Positions 1-11,350 of a DNA stretch of 42,617 nt are shown here, piece by piece. This stretch comes from Octopus sinensis (lineage: Eukaryota). Where the stretch lies: the NCBI RefSeq assembly GCF_006345805.1, contig NW_021835098.1, positions 1 through 42,617 of the forward strand. The letters run 5' to 3'. Under the pieces are notes generated by a model. It saw only the letters and a program-made list of their open reading frames with translations, had not been told where the DNA came from and did no database searches. Both the position numbers and the translations under genes were made by a program. Numbering within the stretch: the first letter of the stretch is position 1; each line of letters opens with the position of its first letter.

Positions 1-234
1 CTATCCCCAGGTATGTATAGCGTTCTTGGGGAGGGTGAAGCTCCTTGATGGTAGTGTCGATATCTAATTTAATGGATGCTGTTTCTTTTTATTATTTTTT
101 TCAGCTTGCCTCTTACAAAAGTTGCTTTAGCACACTTATCAAGGCCAAGATCTATCCCGATATCATTGCTGAACTCTTTAACAGTTGTTAACAGCCCTAC
201 TAGCTCTTCGTCATTTCTAGCAAACGGTTTCAGA

Positions 235-381
<147 letters not shown>

Positions 382-419
382 GGAGTATTTACTTTTAGTC
401 TGCATGTTTGTTACAATCA

Positions 420-674
420 TGGAGGCGCGTGGCTTAGTAGTTAAGGTGTTGAACCCATGATCGTAAGGTTGTGATTTCGATTCCTGGACCTGGCGATGCG
501 TTTTTGTTCTTGAGCAAAACACTTCATTTTCACGTTGTTCCAGTCCACTCAGCTGGCGAATATGAGTAATCCTGCGACGGACCGGCGTCCCGTCCAGGTG
601 GGCAATTTATACGCTACTGAAACCGAGAAACCGGCCCTTATGAGCCTGGCATGGTTCGAGAAGGAACATTTTTT
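420..674 (+). mobile_element. tRNA-derived SINE (CORE-like centre), complete, with 13-bp TSD
   Basis: A-box-like TGGCTTAGTAGTTAAG (430-445), B-box-like GATTTCGATTCC (473-484), CTTGAGCAAAACACTTCATTT core-like segment; identical flanks TTTGTTACAATCA at 407-419 and 675-687. Confidence 0.85.
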
Positions 675-775
675 TTTGTTACAATCACTCTCCGAGACAC
701 ACTCAGCGTCCTAGAGTGAGTGAAGGATAAGAGATGTTACAGTATGACTGAAAACTTGGGAATCGCAAGTGGCAG

Positions 776-850
776 GGATCGATGCAATCGACTTACATCC
801 CTAACTCGGGATTGCTGCCCTTGTGCCTAACTTTGAAATCGTTATTATTA
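776..850 (+). mobile_element. 3' fragment of a tRNA-derived SINE (same family as 11085-11278)
   Basis: GATGCAATCGACTTAC...ATTGCTGCCCTTGTGCCTAACTTTGAAA resembles the reverse complement of 11087-11145. Confidence 0.55.
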
Positions 851-1002
851 TTGTTTCAAAAACTCTTTGATTCAGCTACATGCAACTTAAAAGTCACGCT
901 GAGGCGACCAAATCCTGAACCCAGCGAGACAGGCTCCAGTAACGAGCCTGCGAAACTTTAGGTTGCAAGTGGCCGAATCAAACTTTTCTAAACGATTATA
1001 TA

Positions 1003-1343
1003 GTGTATATGTATGTATGTATGTATGAATGTACGTATGTATGTATGTATGTATGTATGTATGTATGTATGTATGTATGTATGTATGTATGTATGTGTGT
1101 ATGTATCTGTTCGTGTATATATATATGTGTACCTATGAAAGTATGTTTGCATGTATGTATGTGTGTGTATGTAAGTATATATGTATGTCTGTATGTATGC
1201 ATGTAAGTGTGTATGTATGTATGTATGAATGCATGTATGTATGTATGCGTGTATGTGAGTATGTATGTATATATTTACGCATATACGCATGTGTGTATGC
1301 ATGTATGTATTTAAATATGTGTGTGTATGTGTATGTATGTATG
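1003..1343. repeat. (TATG)n/(TG)n compound microsatellite
   Basis: Direct reading. Confidence 0.95.
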
Positions 1344-1389
1344 GTGCTAGAATAGTAATTTTGATGATTTTGGTAATAGTCCCGGCAAT

Positions 1390-1599
1390 GATGGTGGTGT
1401 TATTGGTGATAAGGATGATGATGATGATCATGATCATGATGACGACAGCGGCGGCGCCGGTGATGGTGGTGGTCGTGGTGACATAGTGGATATCATTACC
1501 ATCATCATTATCACCTTCAACACCACCTTCATCCTCATCATCATCATCATCAATGCCACAGCCAGCACCAGTACCATCATCATTACTACTACCACCACT

Positions 1600-1643
<44 letters not shown>

Positions 1644-1735
1644 AATCTTCATCTTCGTTATTCTCGTCGTTGTTATTGTCGTCACCATTGACAACGATGA
1701 CGAAGACGGTGTCATCGTTGTTGACATGGTGACAT
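1390..1735. repeat. Degenerate trinucleotide array (GAT/GGT/CAT/CAC)
   Basis: Direct reading; source of the Asp/Gly/His/Thr-rich ORFs here. Confidence 0.85.
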
Positions 1736-1768
1736 GAAAGACCATGAAAGAACAAGGGGCAAAGCTGA

Positions 1769-1842
<74 letters not shown>

Positions 1843-2213
1843 AGGCGGATTTGGTGTTGCTGCAGTGGATTTATTCAAGAAACAGCTGTGTTCATACGTC
1901 ATTAGATTAATCCATTGGATTAGACTGGATCTGACACATGAACAACTGCGAACACACATCAGACACAGAGAGAGAATTAAATAAGATTTACAGCAAGAAG
2001 GAGATGTTTACATGCTTGGAATTATTTGCATACAAGTTTTTGATGTTGCTATGATCGGTCTGCTTTCGGGTTCTAAAAATAAGGGCGCAACAGCGCAGAT
2101 GAGCCGAGAAGCGATCCCTGGACTTCTCTGGGAGAAGGACCGACAGACCAAAAGCATCGTTGTCGACATGTGGTATGAAAGGGTCATCAATGAAATGCAC
2201 TCTTAAATGATGA

Positions 2214-2399
2214 GGGCGTAGGAGTGGCTGTAAGGTAAGTAGCTTGCTTATCAACCACATGGTTCTGGGTTCAGTCCCACTGCATGGCACCTTGGGCAAG
2301 TGTTTTCTGCTATAGCCTCGGGCCGACCATGGCCTTGGGAGTGGATTCGGTAGACGGAAACTGAAAGAAGCCCGTCGTATATACGTGTGTGTATATATA

Positions 2400-2432
<33 letters not shown>

Positions 2433-2640
2433 CTATATATATATATTTATGTATGTATGTATGTATGTATGTATGTATGTATGTATGTATTTATGTATGT
2501 GTGTGTGTGTGTATGTGTGTTTGTGTTCCCCTGCCATCGCTTGACAAGCGATGTTGGTGTGTTTAGGTCCCCGTAAAGTAGCAGTTCGGCAAAAGTGACC
2601 GATGGAATAAGTACTAGGATTACAAAGAATAAATCCTGGA
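2214..2640 (+). mobile_element. Bipartite tRNA-derived SINE with internal microsatellite; 3' tail missing
   Basis: 5' part GGAGTGGCTG...GGTTCAGTCCC (B-box-like, 2268-2278)...GAAAGAAGCCCGTCG, internal (TA)/(TATG)/(TG), 3' part CCATCGCTTGACAAGCGATG...AATAAGTACTAGG; same layout at 6733-9204, 26886-27835 and 38584-38960. Confidence 0.85.
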
Positions 2641-3191
2641 ATCTAGTGGTCTCCCCACACGAAACAAAGTATTATGAAAGTTGAAGCACCTCAAAGGTCA
2701 ATTACGAAAAAAAAGATAGATGGCATGAGAGGCTTCGACAATTAGGGTCGACTAGAAAATCTCAAGCTTTATTCTCTCCAACGCCGCCTTGAGCGCTACA
2801 TCATCTGCATGATGGAAAAAATATTCCATCATCATTGCCCAAATCGTGTTGGCATCACCTTTAAGGTACACCCAAGACTTGCGCCCCGTGCTATCAGCCC
2901 TCAGCATAAATAATACTCGCATCGCATAACAACAATACTGCACAATTATTTCACTTCAATTGGCCCCGTTCTCTTAAACATTACACCAAAATACATGAGA
3001 GCAGAAACAGACCCCATAAAGTTCGAGAAGTCTTTGGACAAATTCCTTCAAAAAATCCCATATAAACATCCGTAAACAATAACACTCTCCTCAAGTGAGC
3101 CATGTTGTCCGATTCCTGATTTGAATGACTGGTGCCATTAGGTTAGACATGGCCTGGGCCAATACTGGTCAGAACCTATCAAAGTATCAAA
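2641..3191 (+). mobile_element. 5'-truncated, decayed CR1-group LINE 3' fragment (same family as 13901-18520)
   Basis: Colinear with the reverse complement of about 13913-14480 (KLYSLQRRLERYIICMM), ending CATGGCCTGGGCC...CCTATCAAAGTATCAAA. Confidence 0.9.
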
Positions 3192-3192
3192 T

Positions 3193-3596
3193 TATATATA
3201 TATAAAGAATAAGGAGAAAATGGAGGGGTAATTAATACAATTATCTATTAATTATAAAATATGACAGCATCTGTGACAGCTGTTTCGATTCAGAAATCTT
3301 TAGAAAATTAATTTATAAATTTAATATCATTATAAGATGAATGTCTTCAAGAGTAGTAAGGCTATACCGATTAGAAATACAGGTTGAGATAACGGTTTCA
3401 TAGCTGTTGTCTCAACCTTTATTTCTAATCGGTATAGCCTTTCTACTCTTGAAGAGATTCATCTTATAATGATATTAAATTTATAAATTAATTTTCTAAA
3501 GATTTCTGAATCGAAACAGCTGTCAGAGATGTTGTCATATTTTATAATCAATAAATAATTTTCCATGTTCTCCTTATTCTTTAAATATATATATAT
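3193..3596. mobile_element. Foldback element: about 195-bp inverted arms (3193-3389 / 3410-3596), 20-nt spacer, (TA)n ends
   Basis: Arms read as reverse complements, e.g. ATTATAAAATATGACAGCATCT / AGATGTTGTCATATTTTATAAT and GGCTATACCGATTAGAAATA / TATTTCTAATCGGTATAGCC. Confidence 0.9.
3446..3528 (+). ncRNA. Degenerate type I hammerhead-like motif
   Basis: CTC-TTGAAGA (3449-3455)-GATTCA...TGAATC-GAAAC (3513-3517)-AGCT-GTC (3522-3524)-AGAG; core one change from CTGAAGA; mirror copy at about 3271-3353 on the minus strand is more decayed. Confidence 0.45.
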
Positions 3597-5061
3597 GAAC
3601 CTTATCGTTGATCTTCCTATAGATTGGTAACTAAACAGTATTTTCATTGGATTTATTATCCCTTAATGAGGTTTATTACCTTTACTTGAATATATATATA
3701 TATAAAGAAAACAATTAGATTAAGGTTAACTGCAGCCGTTTCAGACACCTTTTTTTTAAGTGTAGATAGTATTACATCATAAAAGAGCACGTTTTTCTTC
3801 GGCTGAATTAAAAATTAAAATTTCGTTCGAATTTGTGGAGAACCTCTTATTTTACACACACACACAGACTTATACATACAAACAGGCACATACACACATA
3901 TATCACACACACACACATACATACATACATTAGAAAAAAGTTTGAAAGAAAGGGAGATAACAAAGTGCTGGTGACCCCAAATGAATGTGCGCATGCGTAG
4001 TTGTGTGTGAGCATGGTGTGTGTGAATGTGCGTGTGTGTTTGAATAGGAGCTAGTGACTCTGACGTGTGTAAGTGTGTGCGTCTGCAACGTGTGGCTGCT
4101 CCTATAGTGGTGTGTGTGGTGACGCTATTGAAACGCACACACACGTGTATATATGTGTGTGTGTATACTTACATACATTCCTATGTAGACACACACACAC
4201 ACACACATGCATATACATACATATTCTAATATCCTATCGTCTGCATGTAGCCATCATTCTAATATTCAATAATCTGTCCGTCCGTCCGTCCGTCTGTCCG
4301 TCTGTCCGTTCGTCCGTCCGTCTGTCCGTTCATCCAGCCATCCGTCAGTCGTTACACAGTCACTTAGCAAAGATTTCTGTCCTATCTTTTCACATCCGTT
4401 CCTGAAAATGTGTCAGGCGTCACGTCTTTGCAAAAAAAAACGTATAATTTGTATAATTTACTCGTTCGAATTGCGCAAGGGAAGTCTTAACATTTTTCTT
4501 TTCTTTTTTTCTTTGTTTCTTTACTTTTTGGTCTTATTTTGTTTTGTTTTATTCTTTCGAGATGGATCAAATAAATACCACTAATAATATGCAACCCTTT
4601 ACCGTACACACACACACACACACACAAACTTCGACTTGTGTGAATGGAACAAAAATCGATATTCTATCAATTGCTTGCTGTCACTATACCTGAAATATCG
4701 TTAATTCTTTTATTTTTGTAAAATTGTTGTACTTTTCTTTTTATCTAACTTTTAGTAATTCACATTATTCTTTCCTTTTTTGCATTATATTCATAAACTG
4801 TATATTAATATATACATGCATCATCTCTCACTTTCTCTCATTCTGTCTCTCTATCTATCAAGAAATATAAATACACTGCATATAAAATGCGTATATATAT
4901 ATGTATATATATATATAGACACATTTTATATATTGCTGCATATAATGGACATATATATACATATATGTGTGTGTGCACATGCATATATATGCATGCGTGT
5001 ACATGTATGCATATTTATATGTATGTATGTTTAACTGTATATACCTCATATATGTGTATAT

Positions 5062-5108
<47 letters not shown>

Positions 5109-5240
5109 TATATATATATACATGCATATTCAGATACACATATATGTAAATATAAGTGTATTGTATGTATGTTATGTACGTATCACTTCATATTGGTCAT
5201 AACGTTCGCATAGTTTTCCTATAATCACTTGTGATTAGAA

Positions 5241-5347
5241 AGATAGACAGACAGACAGGGACAGACAGACAGACAGACGACAGACAGACAGACAGATAGA
5301 TAGATAGATAGATGGAGGAATAGATAGATAGATAGAAAGATAGATAA

Positions 5348-5445
<98 letters not shown>

Positions 5446-5470
5446 GGAGGAATAGATAGATAGATAGAAA
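5241..5470. repeat. (GACA)n/(GATA)n microsatellite
   Basis: Direct reading. Confidence 0.95.
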
Positions 5471-6077
5471 GATATCACTGGGCTCTCTCTTTGTGTACAT
5501 CTGTGCAAAGGTGAATAAATGCGGATGCATGTATGTAGTTGTATGTCTTAAGAAATGTCATGGCTGTCTACGTGCATGTACATGTGTGCTTGTGTATAAA
5601 CTCGGTTGTTTGAGCGGTGTCCGTGTTTTATCTGTATATACGAATGAAATGCGTGTGTTTTCGTGTATGTATGCATTGAGTATGCACATATATATATATG
5701 TGTGTGTGTATGTGTATATGTGTGTGTATATGTGTGTGTGTATGTGTATATGTGTGTGTATATGTGTGTGTATGTGTGTGTATGCGTTCATTGATAAAAG
5801 TGAGTGTTTGCGACGTAGTAGGTGGGGTGGGGGCGGATGGTGAGGGGCGAGGCGGTGGAGAAATAATCGATCGTGTGAGCCGCATTAATAATGCCGTGAT
5901 TGAATCTAACTTGTCAAATTTGAACTTTGTCATATTTGACAGACGTCAAAACTAGATTCTTGCTCGCCATAATTTTTTTTTTTTGCTTCCTTCTGCAACT
6001 ATCAATGTTCTATCATTATCTCCCTCGCTCCACCTCTCTCAAGATCTCTCTGACTCTCTCTCTCAAGATCTCTCTCA

Positions 6078-6145
<68 letters not shown>

Positions 6146-6892
6146 CCTTCATCTTCTTTCCATAATTTTAACTCATTCTCTTGTCTTGTCTTCAACAGAG
6201 ACATTACAAAAATAAACAAAATTTTTTCGACATCGAGTCCTTACTATTGCTATCTTTTGAATATATTCCAAAAAAACATCATATATCTTTAAGAGAAGAA
6301 GGGTCACGAAAGGTTGTGACATTCATTCATTTACCCAGTGCATAATTGAAAAGCGCTGGATGAAGATGAAGAGAAAAACCAACTTACGGTCTCGGCTCCC
6401 ATCTAACTTAACTCTTGATCCACAGCTCTCCTCTTAAATACAGCTTCAGCCTTTCCCTTTTTATATATATTTTCTTGAATGTTACCACACTTTAATTTTA
6501 TTTACTTATTTCTTTCTTTATTTATTTTATAGAATTAGATTGGAAGCCGCAATAGTAATGCTGTCCTTATGAATATTAATAACTTAGACGAAGTAATTTA
6601 CCTTAAAAAATAAAATAAAACCGGTGCGTAGAACCAAGGTGTCAACTCAAAATAAGCAGCTCCCTACTCTGTTGCTTGACCAATTGTTGCTTCTATGTTT
6701 GTCTTTTTGCATTTGTTTTTATTTTTTACTTTTGGCTGTGTGGTAAGTAGCTTGCTTACGAACCACATGGGCAATGTCTTCTACTATAAGCCTCGGGCCG
6801 ACCAAAGCCTTGTGAGAGGATTTGATAGACGGAAACTGAAAGAAGCCCGTCGTATGTATGTGTGTGTGTATGTATATAAGAATATATATATA

Positions 6893-6969
<77 letters not shown>

Positions 6970-7017
6970 AGTGAATTGAAGGAATGGAGTTGAACGAAGA
7001 TTGAACAGAAATCGTTT

Positions 7018-7110
7018 TATTGCATTCTACACGTGTTTCGAAAGCCACAATTTACCAAATTCCGATTGAATAAGGAGACCATATTGTGTCTTTCTCTTCA
7101 GAAAGAAATA
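7018..7110 (-). ncRNA. Type I hammerhead ribozyme motif (left arm)
   Basis: Minus strand: TATT-TC-TTT-CTGAAGA-GAAAG...CTTTC-GAAAC-ACGT-GTA-GAA-TGC-AATA. Confidence 0.7.
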
Positions 7111-7522
7111 GGAATTCCGTTGGCAAAAGCAAAAACAGAACAGAGGCGCAGCAAACCAAATCGAACGAGGCTCCTAAGAGCCCATGGCCAAACTGTTTAT
7201 CAATGTATGTTGAAATCGGGTGGTGGGTGCGTTGAAGATTTTAACAGGTCAGGCAGCGGTCATTCCGGTGGGTGAGAGCACGGGGTGCGTAGATGTTCTT
7301 TGTGACCGAGACTAAGGTCCTGACTATTTAAAGTTATAAATGACGCTTATAATTGATACCTGCACCCGGTTACCCTACTTATATGAAAATAGCCCTTGGA
7401 AATAAATTTTGAAAAAGCTTTTTAAGAGAAATATGATTAACCATTGCAAGGGGAATTACTCCCAGTAGGCGAATGGTGTTTTGTTTTGACGACGGGGGAG
7501 TTTTTTGACAAAGCATGATTAG

Positions 7523-7716
7523 ACGAACACACGCACACATAAAATATTTTCTGCCGCCTGACGGATTTTTCAGCAGAGACCATTGTGTAGGGCTGTTTAC
7601 CAACTGACGGCCGCGCGATTAAACGAACATACGAACACATAAAATATTTGCTGCCGCCTGACGGATTTTTCAGCAGTGACCAGTGTGTAGCCCTTTTTAC
7701 CAACTTGCGGCCGCGC
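7523..7716. repeat. Two direct copies of a 94-bp unit (7523-7616, 7623-7716; period 100 bp)
   Basis: Shared CACATAAAATATTT..CTGCCGCCTGACGGATTTTTCAGCAG..GGCCGCGC. Confidence 0.9.
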
Positions 7717-8009
7717 ACATATAGAACAGTTCACACACACATGTTTCTAAGTAGATTTTGCCCCGCCCCATATAATACACCTAATATTCTTTAAATAGTC
7801 AGGACCTTAGTCTCGGTCACAAAGAACATCTACGCACCCCGCTCTCACCCACCGGAATGACCGCTGCCTGACCTGTTAAAATCTTCAACGCACCCACCAC
7901 CCGATTTCAACATACATTGATAAACAGTTTGGCCATGGGCTCTTAGGAGCCTCGTTCGATTTGGTTTGCTGCGCCTCTGTTCTGTTTTTGTTTTTGCCAA
8001 CGGAATTCC

Positions 8010-8102
8010 TATTTCTTCCTGAAGAGAAAGACACAATATGGTCTCCTTATTCAATCGGAATTTGGTAAATTGTGGCTTTCGAAACACGTGTAGAATGCAA
8101 TA
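8010..8102 (+). ncRNA. Type I hammerhead ribozyme motif (right arm)
   Basis: Stem I TATT/AATA plus TTC/GAA with internal loop; CTGAAGA 8019-8025; stem II GAAAG/CTTTC extended by CACAAT/ATTGTG; GAAAC 8081-8085; palindromic ACACGTGT stem III; GTA triplet 8090-8092. Confidence 0.75.
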
Positions 8103-8306
8103 AAACGATTTCTGTTCAATCTTCGTTCAACTCCATTTCTTCAATTCACTAATAATATTAAAATTCAATTATCCGCACCAACGCACGGTTGCAACACCAT
8201 ATGGTTGTACCTCCAACCGTGCTGTCTTCTGGTGTGATTTTTGCTACCAAGGTATCGGTTAAACTTTTGATTAATCTGCAACAAGATTATTCATCTTTCT
8301 ATTTCA

Positions 8307-8369
<63 letters not shown>

Positions 8370-8409
8370 ATATACATATATATAGTAGTATGTTATGTAT
8401 AATATATTG

Positions 8410-8448
<39 letters not shown>

Positions 8449-8491
8449 TATATATTATATATGTATATATATGTGTGTGTATGTATATATG

Positions 8492-8527
<36 letters not shown>

Positions 8528-8529
<2 letters not shown>

Positions 8530-8778
8530 GAGGTATATTTTCCATCTCAATATGGCTGACCACTAACGGTGGATGTTACTGTAGCTTGTAGCCCCAGGAG
8601 AACATCTCCTCCAGCTGGCTATAGGCACACTTTCTGTGCTCTATCGGTATTTGCAAAGGGAGGTCATCCTTCCCTCGTCAACCTAAGTGATACGCACGGA
8701 CTGCAGTTTCTGGGTATTGACCCGTCATCAGCGCACGACAGTCACCGGTTTTCGATGAAAGGAGTCCCAATGCAATAT
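8528..8778 (-). mobile_element. Solo about 250-bp hammerhead-bearing module (Penelope pLTR-like or retrozyme-like) between (TG)n and (TA)n
   Basis: Complex island bounded by microsatellites and containing the ribozyme motif at 8693-8737. Confidence 0.55.
8693..8737 (-). ncRNA. Compact type I hammerhead ribozyme motif
   Basis: Minus strand: CGTGCG-CTGATGA-C-GGGT-CAAT-ACCC-A-GAAAC-TGCA-GTC-CGTGCG; all core nucleotides, palindromic ACTGCAGT, 6-bp stem I with two G.U pairs; C.A mismatch at the stem II base. Confidence 0.75.
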
Positions 8779-8813
8779 TTATATATACATATATATATAT
8801 ATATATAATATAT

Positions 8814-8881
<68 letters not shown>

Positions 8882-8905
8882 GTGTGTGTTGTATGTATGT
8901 ATATG

Positions 8906-8980
<75 letters not shown>

Positions 8981-11084
8981 CATTTATGTGTGTGTGCATA
9001 TTTGTATCTATGTTTTTCCCCCACCACAGCTTGACAACTGGTGTTGGTGTTTTCGTCCCCGTAACATAGTTGTTCGGCAAAAAATGCCGAAAGAATAAGT
9101 ACTAGGCTCACAAGAATAATACCCGGGGTCCATTTGTTCGACTAAAGGCAGTGCTCCAGCATGGCCGCTGTCAAATGACCGAAACCAGTAAAAGAGTAGA
9201 AGAGAATATATAACGGTCTCATACTTATGTATTTCAATAAAACGAAATTGTGTCATAGAATTTTTTCTTAAAATTAGTTTTCACAAAACCCGTTCGAGTC
9301 CTTATTTGGCCGTCATTTCTTCCTGAATGTAATGCAATCGCCAGAATCTAGTGAAATCTGGTTAACAGTACGTGCTTCTAATGATAAGTACTAAGTTCAT
9401 TGACTGCGTTGTGAGTACTTCTTAAGTGGCTTAAGGCTCTAATCCGGAATATTCCTGTAAAATCTCAATAACAATGTATCATAAGATGTTGGTTAAAGAA
9501 AAAAACCCAAGTAAATGATTTTTCCGGCTATAACGTAATGATAAATGAGATACTGGTTTCGATAGCACACTGAGTCATAAGGATAACGTCCATTCAATGA
9601 AAACTCGATCTCGTATATATATATATATATATACATACATACATCCATACATACATACATATATTTGTGTGTAACATTGTCTGTTTTTCCGTCCTTGTTT
9701 TTGCATACATTCGCTTCTTTCTTGCAAGGAATCTAATGCTCTTAGCTTAGTTTTTCCTTGGGGCTGGCCAGATTGGAGCAATCTCAAGAATAATCAGCCG
9801 AAATTGCGAGGATAATCTGGTGCTTGACTGAGGAATGAAAACTTCGAATGATCCGTCCTTGTTTTCTTTGTATCGTTTATCTGGATGTTTTGTTGACAAG
9901 GCATTTTACCCGACGATCACCGCCTTTGTCTGGGACAAATTTAATAATCTATAATTTAGGGACAAGGCTAGTAATCCGAAGAAAGGATTAGTCAAATAAA
10001 CCGATTCAATACATCACTGGTATTTTATTTTAACGATCTTTTAAAGAAAAGTAAAATGCTAAAAAAGAAAATTGACCCCAGCGGGATATGAACTTAGAAT
10101 GTAGAGAACCGGAAGGAAGCTTATGCGGTAATCAAATGACTCTACCAGTTTACCACCATTGTCTGGTGATAAATAGAGAAAAAAGGGACAGAAACAAAAA
10201 AATGAATATCAATGAAAACGAACAAAATATTATGAAAATATACACTTTTATATATACATTTTATTAAAAATTATATATAAAAAAAAGCTATTAGAAGGAA
10301 AGAATAAAATAAGTATGAATAATTAACTATTGTCTTCCTGTGAACCCTGAGCTCCTAGTGGTGTCACAAAGGCGGCGGTGTAAGATACTGCACCGCTTGG
10401 GAATTTTTAAACTAGTAGAAGCCATCCCCTTTCCATGTCTGACGACGGCCGTTTTCTTCTGGAATGAAAGAAAGCGATGACTTCAATACTGATGTTTCGG
10501 TTTTAGATCGTTAATTGAGCTCTGTGGAATCTTAACTCCGAGAGGTGAGAGCGAAAATAAACACCGCAGAGTATTCTATGAGAAGTACTATTACTTTTTA
10601 CCATTTCTCCGCTTGTTATTAATCGTCTGAAATTATGAACTAAATCAAATATTATTAAACATATGAAGTTACGAAATATATAAGATATATAAGTATGAAA
10701 TAAGTATGATATAAGGAATATTACATTCTTATTGTTGATGTTGTATAGTTCTAAGCAAGTCCAAATCGAACAGATCTATGTTCAATGGTATTCGAACCGT
10801 GATCATCCCGTCTTTATACATGTCTAAACGATGTTGTCCAATATGTCTGACCACGTAGAAATTCTCAGTGTCCCAATGTAGTACTGATTTGTTATTGAGG
10901 CTGGAATTGTTTACTGGTGGGAGAAAAGTACAATCATTTATATCGATTTTATGATATTCAAAGGACAACGTCAACCTCGGTGAAATTCGAACTCAGGACG
11001 TTAGAATAAAACACCATAACGGATTTGATCTGCTGTTTTATCGATTCGACCAATTCATCGACGTCTGCAGATGACATAACAATA

Positions 11085-11278
11085 GTTTCAAATTTTGGTA
11101 CAAGGCCAGCAATTTCGGGGGAGGGGTAAGTCGATTACATCCACCCCAGTGCTCAACTGGTACTTATTTTATAGGCAAAGTCAACCTCGCCGGAATTTGA
11201 ACTCAGAACGTGAAGACGGACAAAATGCCGCTAAGCATTTTGTCTGGTGTGCTAACGATTCTGCCAGTTCGCCACACT
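11085..11278 (-). mobile_element. tRNA-derived SINE
   Basis: Minus strand: GTGGCGAACTGGCAGAATCGTTAGC (A-box-like)...GAGTTCAAATTCC (B box)...AATAAGTACCAGTT...GTAATCGACTTAC...AAAATTTGAAA. Confidence 0.8.
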
Positions 11279-11350
11279 TGCAGATAACATAATAACGATT
11301 TTTTAACAAAGACACACGTGTGAGGGATACAGGCGGACTTCAGTATCTGT

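Larger units (their letters stand above)
6962..8158. mobile_element. Foldback element: about 370-bp near-identical inverted arms (6962-7333 / 7789-8158), 455-bp spacer
   Basis: Arms differ at only about 3 substitutions and a 2-nt indel by eye; mirror ORFs 7033..7275(+) and 7845..8087(-). Confidence 0.95.
6733..9204 (+). mobile_element. Bipartite SINE split by about 2.1 kb of nested insertions in its internal microsatellite
   Basis: 5' half 6733-6852 (TGGCTGTGTGGTAAGTAGC...GAAAGAAGCCCGTCG); 3' half about 9000-9204 (CCACAGCTTGACAAC...CCAGCATGGCCGCTGTCAAATGACCGAAAC). Confidence 0.8.

Noticed and set aside
420-500. tRNA gene call for SINE heads
   Set aside because: A/B boxes present but no closed cloverleaf; they continue into SINE core with TSDs.
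988-1959. 323-aa ORF with acidic, Gly and His-Thr tracts
   Set aside because: Made entirely of (TG)n, trinucleotide and (TATG)n repeats; no complex domain.
3722-3812. Minus-strand CCGAAGA...GAAACGGCTGCA hammerhead-like remnant
   Set aside because: Core, triplet and stem I all mismatch; too decayed to call.
7523-7716. Direct repeats as a CRISPR-like array
   Set aside because: Only two 94-bp units with no unique spacers, in a eukaryotic context.
7033-8087. Mirror 80-aa ORFs 7033..7275(+) and 7845..8087(-)
   Set aside because: By-product of the inverted arms, antisense to the ribozyme strand, non-ATG start in the sequence (GTG), no recognisable domain.
8183-8222. Hairpin GCACGGTTG/CAACCGTGC preceded on the minus strand by CAGAAGA
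   Set aside because: No GAAAC or stem III follows, so not a hammerhead; kept only as unassigned structure.
9545-9590. Minus-strand CTTATGA...GAAACCAGTA
   Set aside because: No stem II or stem I pairing and a non-palindromic stem III.
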